Assembly: GCA_040006935.1 (NCBI GenBank)
Contig: JBDTVZ010000002.1
Span: forward strand, 144,174-208,173
Source: Candidatus Dojkabacteria bacterium
Lineage (GTDB): Bacteria; Patescibacteriota; Dojkabacteria; J137
Length of the DNA: 64,000 bases
Reading direction: 5' to 3'
Position 1 is the stretch's first letter, and every line of letters starts with the position of its first letter. The translations under genes were made by a program, and so were the position numbers. Positions 58,591 to 64,000 of the stretch are shown here, in pieces. Under the pieces are notes generated by a model. It saw nothing but the letters and a program-made list of their open reading frames with translations, was not told the origin of the DNA and made no database searches.

Positions 58591-59123
58591 TATATATACT
58601 TACAATAAAAAATATCGAATGGCGAAATAGATTTAAATGATATGCTTTTATCAATACCATGCTCATCTACCATAGCATAACCATAAGGAATTTCTATAGC
58701 CCGATTTATTGTATCAAAATAATAAATGTTAAGTAATTTTATTGGTATTACGATATAAGCACAATTTGATTGTGGTACAAATTTAATGCTATTCCCGACT
58801 TCAGATACTTTTATAAAACCACTGTTTGATAAGAAATCTGGAGAAGAGTAACTGGGATTATTAAGCATAATCCTTACTTCCTGATTATTATCTTTCCTCT
58901 GCAAAATTAGAGTATTTCCATCGGTATTTGAAGTTTCAATAATATAATTATATTTAGATGAATCTAAATAATAATTCATTGTATAGTCGTAGCCACCAAA
59001 ACCTAGTGATGTTGGATAGTTAATATTGAATTTAGATGTATCAGGTACTTTAAGAAGAGTTAGACTTCCAGCAATAATCACTCCTGACATAATAACTAAA
59101 ACAATGCTTATAAATACTTTCAT
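58590..59123 (-). CDS. hypothetical membrane-anchored protein
   Basis: N-terminal TM; stop overlaps the next start by 1 nt. Confidence 0.6.
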   Translation of the reverse strand: MKVFISIVLVIMSGVIIAGSLTLLKVPDTSKFNINYPTSLGFGGYDYTMNYYLDSSKYNYIIETSNTDGNTLILQRKDNNQEVRIMLNNPSYSSPDFLSNSGFIKVSEVGNSIKFVPQSNCAYIVIPIKLLNIYYFDTINRAIEIPYGYAMVDEHGIDKSISFKSISPFDIFYCKYI

Positions 59124-59124
59124 T

Positions 59125-59607
59125 TTACAAAATCATAAAGAATGAAATATATTCTGAACCGTCTGAGTTCTGAGTAAGCCATAAATAAACTTTATTCCCT
59201 TTTAACATTTTTGACTCAAGTTCCTCTAAGCTTGTGGGTACAGGTGAATATCCATCACTACCATGATAGCTTGGTTGGAATAAATATTTATTATCTACAG
59301 AATCTGGAAGAACTATTACATCGCTTATATTGCCATTTAAATCTTTGATTTTAATATAATTTTGAACTAAAGGCTGTGAGCCAGTACCAAAACCTTGAAA
59401 ATAGATTTCTTCAATTGTTCCATAATATTTTTTAACGAGCTCAACGCTACTAATATTAGTATTATTAGAAATTAGCCACATACTTTTTGTTTGGAAGTTA
59501 GGACCTAGATATGAAGTCGTACTTTGGATATCCTGATATTTAAGCACTCCAAAGCCCACCGAAGCTAAGAAAATAATTATACAAATTACTAAAAAAACGT
59601 TCTTCAT
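59125..59607 (-). CDS. hypothetical membrane-anchored protein
   Basis: N-terminal TM; abuts the downstream gene. Confidence 0.6.
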   Translation of the reverse strand: MKNVFLVICIIIFLASVGFGVLKYQDIQSTTSYLGPNFQTKSMWLISNNTNISSVELVKKYYGTIEEIYFQGFGTGSQPLVQNYIKIKDLNGNISDVIVLPDSVDNKYLFQPSYHGSDGYSPVPTSLEELESKMLKGNKVYLWLTQNSDGSEYISFFMIL

Positions 59608-59670
59608 CTTTAATATGGTATTACGAAATACTAAATAATTTATCAGTATTCCTACTTATAATCAATACTA

Positions 59671-60315
59671 TTAAAGGAGTTTTAAGTAAATATCTTCCGC
59701 AAGTTCATCGACGACGAAGCTCTTCCTGTGAAGTTCGCTAAGCCCGTTGCGCTTTATCATTTCTCGGTGGAATTTAGTTGCATAACCCTTGTTCCTATTC
59801 CATCCATATTCTGGGTGGGCATTGTGAAGTTCTTTCATTAGTGAATCTCGTTCAACTTTTGCCAGGATTGAAGCTGCTGCAATTGAATAGTATGTAGAAT
59901 CACCTTTTATAAGTTTTCGTGTATTTTTTCCAAAGTCCTTTGCAAATTGCCCATCAATTAGAAAAAGTAAATTTTTATTCGAATATTTTTCTGTAAAGTT
60001 TTGAATAATAGATTCAATAATTTTGTGAAGGGCCTTTCCAATACCTTTTTTATCAATTTCTTCTACTGAGCCATATTTAACAATGAAGTCATGTTGGCTT
60101 AATTTTAAATATTGCTTTTCTCGAGCTTCTTCGTTTAACTTTTTAGAGTCATGAATTCCATGGAAGATTTTATTATTTTTTGAGAACAAATACCCTCCCA
60201 TAGCAACTGGGCCTGCAAGGCAACCTCTCCCGACTTCGTCTATTCCAACAACAAAGTCATATTCACCAGAAGATATAATTTCAGATTCAAATTTTGGGAG
60301 TAAAAATTTTGACAT
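59671..60315 (-). CDS. rnhB: ribonuclease HII
   Basis: GIDEVGRGCLAGPV, DSKKL, LIDG, KGD..YYSIAAASILAKV.RD and NKGY. Start at ATG 60315. Confidence 0.96.
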   Translation of the reverse strand: MSKFLLPKFESEIISSGEYDFVVGIDEVGRGCLAGPVAMGGYLFSKNNKIFHGIHDSKKLNEEAREKQYLKLSQHDFIVKYGSVEEIDKKGIGKALHKIIESIIQNFTEKYSNKNLLFLIDGQFAKDFGKNTRKLIKGDSTYYSIAAASILAKVERDSLMKELHNAHPEYGWNRNKGYATKFHREMIKRNGLSELHRKSFVVDELAEDIYLKLL

Positions 60316-60338
60316 GTGAAGATTATACAATAAATGTT

Positions 60339-60371
60339 CCCTCTCCTTTCAAGGAGAGGGTTAGGGTGAGG
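60339..60371. repeat. ccctctcc..ggagaggg..agggtgagg REP-like palindrome
   Basis: ccctctcctttcaaggagagggttagggtgagg; same family as 47734-47801. Confidence 0.8.
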
Positions 60372-60421
60372 TCATACCGCACCGAAAACAAACCTCGCCT
60401 TTGTCCGGTCCATGTAATTAT

Positions 60422-60850
60422 TTAAGCTACCAAACTTGGTCTCAATTTTTTCAAAACTTTGAAGGCTACGTCACTATCTATTGTTTTAGATTTCCTGGTT
60501 TGGAGAAAATTGGCTAGAGTGAGGCCGAAACCTTTATACACATTTGGGATGAGATGGATACTTGCATGAGGAATCTCAAATCCCATAATGAGGCTGTAAA
60601 TTGGTTCTTTGGATTCCAATCTGGCATTTAGAAGTTTTGCCACAACTTGAACAACTTTGAAATACTCTCCTACTGATCCTGTCCCGGAATCGGGAAGTTC
60701 CCAAACATGTCGAAAGTGCGCTTTTGGGATTACTAGTGTATGTCCTTCTGAAAGGGGGTTGATATCTAAGAAGGCTAAGAAACTTTTGTCTTCATAAACT
60801 TTATAATAGTTCTTACTTTTTATCAATTCACAAAAAGTACATTGAGACAT
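60422..60850 (-). CDS. HIT family protein (central His replaced by Ser)
   Basis: CTFC, AFLDINP..GHTLVIPK.H and PHASIHLIP. Confidence 0.9.
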   Translation of the reverse strand: MSQCTFCELIKSKNYYKVYEDKSFLAFLDINPLSEGHTLVIPKAHFRHVWELPDSGTGSVGEYFKVVQVVAKLLNARLESKEPIYSLIMGFEIPHASIHLIPNVYKGFGLTLANFLQTRKSKTIDSDVAFKVLKKLRPSLVA

Positions 60851-60856
60851 GGCTTG

Positions 60857-60865
60857 ATTATAGCA
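60857..60865 (-). promoter_or_regulatory. extended -10 (TGcTATAAT), leaderless promoter
   Basis: Minus strand TGC TATAAT CAAGCC ATG(60850). Confidence 0.6.
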
Positions 60866-60968
60866 CCTAGAGTTCTTTTGTCAATTTAGATTGGAAGAGA
60901 AATAATAAATTATATATAGCCATTAAGTATTTTGGAGGATGGATCGTAAAAGTGTCAGAAGCTTCGAG

Positions 60969-61373
60969 CTAAAATTTGTACTTTTTTAACATTTCTTGAG
61001 CTTTTTCTGGAGTCAAAGGTGGATGATTGATAATATGCCCAATATCAGTAAGTGCTTTACCAAATCGACCTTCCTCTGTAGGTACTATATGAACATGAGC
61101 ATGCGCTACACCTACCCCATGAACAACTGCATAAACAAATTCATTACCAGAAACAATTTGGAAATGTTTGGCAATTTTCTGACATATTTCAAAATACTTT
61201 CCTATGGGCTCTACATCCCAAACAAATTTAAAATGTTTTTTAGGAATTACAAGCGTATGCGCATCTTCTGTGGGTCTCATGTCTAAGAAGGCCAAATAAT
61301 CGCTATCCTCATAAATTTTTGAGCAAGAGATTTCTCCGGCCACTATTTTGCAAAAAATACAGTCTTTCTCCAT
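60969..61373 (-). CDS. HIT family protein
   Basis: CIFCKI, AFLD..P...HTLVIPKKH and intact HAHVH. Confidence 0.93.
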   Translation of the reverse strand: MEKDCIFCKIVAGEISCSKIYEDSDYLAFLDMRPTEDAHTLVIPKKHFKFVWDVEPIGKYFEICQKIAKHFQIVSGNEFVYAVVHGVGVAHAHVHIVPTEEGRFGKALTDIGHIINHPPLTPEKAQEMLKKYKF

Positions 61374-61463
61374 GAATTTAATTTAAGAATTTTCAAACAA
61401 CGAAGGAATTATACAATTTCTATGGGAAATTGTTTGAAAATTGAAATTAGTTAATTGAGAATT

Positions 61464-61919
61464 TTACACAGATTCTGCTTCAGTTTGAGAAACTTCTTCT
61501 ACTGGAGTATCTATTACTACATCAGCCTCGGTAAGTTCAACAGCCTCGCCTTCTTCGGGAACAAATACTACTTTTCCTTTCTTAATTCTCGTTGCTCCCT
61601 TTCCTACTCTTTGTCTCATGAAGTATAGCTTAGCTCTTCTTACTGGCTCTTGTTTTATAATTTTTATTTTTCCTAGGTTAGTTGAATATAATGGGAAAGT
61701 TTTTTCTACTCCAACTCCATAACTTACTTTTCTAACTGTGAAAGTCTTTCCAGTTCCTGACCCTTTTACCATTATTACTAATCCTTTAAATTTCTGTATT
61801 CTTTGTTTTTCACCATCTCTAATAATAGTTTCGATTTCAACAGTCTGACCTGGTTGTATATCTGGGACTTTCTTTGATGTGAACTTTGATTCAATTTTAT
61901 TCAATAACTGTTGTGACAT
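61464..61919 (-). CDS. rplS: 50S ribosomal protein L19
   Basis: RIQKFKGLV, TFTVRKVSYGVGVEKTFP and VRRAKLYF.R. Confidence 0.97.
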   Translation of the reverse strand: MSQQLLNKIESKFTSKKVPDIQPGQTVEIETIIRDGEKQRIQKFKGLVIMVKGSGTGKTFTVRKVSYGVGVEKTFPLYSTNLGKIKIIKQEPVRRAKLYFMRQRVGKGATRIKKGKVVFVPEEGEAVELTEADVVIDTPVEEVSQTEAESV

Positions 61920-62003
61920 ATCACTTCAATAAGATTTAATAATCGGGAAATTATAGCATAGAAATTAAGCTTGTGAACAAAAATACCTTACAAAACTATG
62001 TAT

Positions 62004-63287
62004 TTACAATATAAAATCTCCTGAAAGAATCTCTAGATTTTGTGTCGGGACTCCAAAATCTATTGGTTTCCAGTACTGCGTTACTATTGCATAAGAGGCA
62101 GGTAAGGCCTCGCCAAGATAAACTGTAGTTGTAAAACCTGTAGGCACGAATTCAGAAAGACCTTGGGTTTGGCTTTTTGCGAATATTTTATTATCAAGCG
62201 AATAGTAATTCTCTACAAGATATAATGGCAATTTTTGAGTAACTTCAGTTACTTGATTACTTTCCAAGTTCAAACTATAAACTCCAATATCTTTCTCGGA
62301 CCAGCTAGATTCGTTTATTGGAGTTAAGTTTCCTTTTACAAAAATTATTTGATTATTTGCATAACTAACTTTCGAAATAACTTCGTATCCTGGAAGTGAA
62401 AAAATTTCTTCCCTTTCTGAAGAAGTTAAGCTTGAAAGAGCAGATCCATCTTTACTCAAATAAACTGACGAAGGAGAAGGCTTTACGCTATAGACTAATC
62501 CAATATCATTTCTTTTTATAACTGCACAATCGATTGTGTTCAGAATTTTAGACGAGAAACTAAGTTGGTAGCAATTTATCCCATCCTGAAAGTAAGTACT
62601 TACTTGATCAATATAGATAATTCTAGATTTTTCACTTAAATTAGTAGTTTTAAAAATGCTCAATACTTGTGATTTTTCGTTTACTGAGTTTAGATAAATA
62701 ATATTGTCCTTATCCTTGCCCAAGTAGTAAAAAAGCTTCTCAGAGGGTTCATAGTAAATACTTATAAATGTATCCTGAAATTCCAAAGTAGTGAGATCTA
62801 ATTGTCCTTTATCTTTTTGAACATAATAAAATGTGGGATTCTCTTTTGAAGGTTCGTCAGCGACCAAAATTGATTCATCCGCAAGAAGTTTGATTAACTT
62901 AATCGTGGAAGGTAGGTCATAAACTTTTGTAAATTTACTATCTTTATCTACAAAACCCACATATGTTTTTCTCCCGGAAACGAACTTTACCCATAATTTA
63001 TCCTGCGATATTGGTGTAAAAGGACTTTTTATATAATCGCTTAAGATGCTTGACTGGGGATGATTACCGGAATCTACAAAATTAACTTGCGTTAAATCAT
63101 TTTCATTAGGACTTGAAAAAAGGCCGTTTACTTTACCAAAAGTGTTTCCACTATAAATAAAAAAGAATCTTACTAGAATGATAGATCCAAGAATTGACAA
63201 AATAATTGCACCAATCAACATTAACGCCTTTTTATTGCGTATTTTAGTATAATTAGCTTTGTTTACGTTATCCATTTGATTATCCAT
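62004..63287 (-). CDS. hypothetical membrane-anchored beta-rich protein
   Basis: N-terminal TM and a long beta-rich (possibly propeller) ectodomain. Confidence 0.6.
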   Translation of the reverse strand: MDNQMDNVNKANYTKIRNKKALMLIGAIILSILGSIILVRFFFIYSGNTFGKVNGLFSSPNENDLTQVNFVDSGNHPQSSILSDYIKSPFTPISQDKLWVKFVSGRKTYVGFVDKDSKFTKVYDLPSTIKLIKLLADESILVADEPSKENPTFYYVQKDKGQLDLTTLEFQDTFISIYYEPSEKLFYYLGKDKDNIIYLNSVNEKSQVLSIFKTTNLSEKSRIIYIDQVSTYFQDGINCYQLSFSSKILNTIDCAVIKRNDIGLVYSVKPSPSSVYLSKDGSALSSLTSSEREEIFSLPGYEVISKVSYANNQIIFVKGNLTPINESSWSEKDIGVYSLNLESNQVTEVTQKLPLYLVENYYSLDNKIFAKSQTQGLSEFVPTGFTTTVYLGEALPASYAIVTQYWKPIDFGVPTQNLEILSGDFIL

Positions 63288-63365
63288 CTTTAGAAACTGC
63301 TTGCTTTATGAGTTATAAAACATTATAATCCAAGCTAGCAATGATTGAAATTTTAAATAGAAAAT

Positions 63366-63569
63366 ATGTCAAAAACACAAGGACCAACATACCAACCAAG
63401 CAAAATAAAAAGAATTAGAAAATTCGGTTTTTTAAAAAGAAACGAGAGTTCTGATGGGAAAGAAGTATTAAAAAGAAGAAGAGCTAAGGGAAGACATGAG
63501 CTTACTGTTTCTAATGAATTTGGTAAAACGAAAATTGAAAAGAATAAGAAATTTGGGAGAAGACGATAA
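63366..63569 (+). CDS. rpmH: 50S ribosomal protein L34 (extended)
   Basis: [17 protein letters not shown]....[12 protein letters not shown]. Confidence 0.93.
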   Translation: MSKTQGPTYQPSKIKRIRKFGFLKRNESSDGKEVLKRRRAKGRHELTVSNEFGKTKIEKNKKFGRRR

Positions 63570-63591
63570 TTCTAAATTCAAATAAGATATT

Positions 63592-63614
63592 AAGTCCCTG
63601 CAAAGGGATTTTTT
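63592..63614 (+). terminator. intrinsic terminator after rpmH
   Basis: AAGTCCCT-GCAA-AGGGATTT followed by Ts. Confidence 0.7.
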
Positions 63615-63635
63615 ATTCCTTAGCAACGAGATTCA

Positions 63636-64000
63636 TTATTTCTTAGATAACTCTTTAACTAATAAATCTAGTTTTGAAAGTATTTCCGCACTTTCTGGAG
63701 ATTTACGTTGTTCACTTCTTAACCTCAATATTTCTCTTTTTAAATAATCATCTTTTATTCTTTTTACAATTTTTTTCATTTCCTTAGATTTTTCTTGAAT
63801 TCCATTTACATCCATCATCAAAATATCCTCAAAAACTTTCCTTTCTTCTTCATTCAAAAGAGTTTCAATATTACTAAAATCTCCATGATTTTTTTGTACT
63901 AAATCCATAATTTTTTTGTTGATTGGATTTTCTAACCATTCATTTTTTATCTGAATTTCATCTACATTATCTGCTTGCAAAAGTAATGCGAGAAAAAATT
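63636..64000 (-). CDS. 3' end of a helical protein, possibly the DnaG primase C-terminal domain
   Basis: Frame runs off the window edge. Helical pattern with terminal coiled coil is reminiscent of the DnaB-binding domain; weak. Confidence 0.35.
   Translation of the reverse strand, partial: FFLALLLQADNVDEIQIKNEWLENPINKKIMDLVQKNHGDFSNIETLLNEEERKVFEDILMMDVNGIQEKSKEMKKIVKRIKDDYLKREILRLRSEQRKSPESAEILSKLDLLVKELSKK

Noticed and set aside
1-64000. Alternative genetic code (UGA=Gly as in Gracilibacteria/SR1)
   Set aside because: Conserved genes are full length under code 11, and TGA ends gltX, the SufBD-family gene and the DUF2207 gene at expected positions.

Overview
Low-GC bacterial chromosome segment read with the standard genetic code 11. 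It is most consistent with a CPR/Patescibacteria genome: rpmD/L30 is missing from the spc cluster, PheT is short, leaders are A/T-rich without SD motifs, and there are CPR-type giant secreted proteins. Dojkabacteria-like is only a guess. Core content: tuf, the S10-spc ribosomal cluster, secY, recO, pheT, gltX, ung, IMPDH, sufC, a short SufBD-family gene, truB, rnhB, rplS, rpmH and tRNA-Leu(TAG). Three things stand out. (1) A ~16 kb cassette of three paralogous 1500-2000 aa secreted proteins sits exactly between rplO and secY. Each has two Kelch propellers and a tail-fibre-like ADYAEY chaperone domain. (2) A four-helix-bundle (23S-IVS-protein/Avd-like) gene just downstream of tRNA-Leu is enclosed by a 26-bp inverted repeat whose only three mismatches are G-U pairs on the sense RNA. 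(3) Several families of small palindromic and 6-8-mer periodic elements are scattered through the window. They nest in one another and sit in frame inside genes; one gives the identical peptide NLKLTVPDGRQET in two unrelated proteins. EF-Tu is also atypical (NRFD in place of NKxD, remodelled switch I). All calls come from reading the sequence by eye; no database searches were run.
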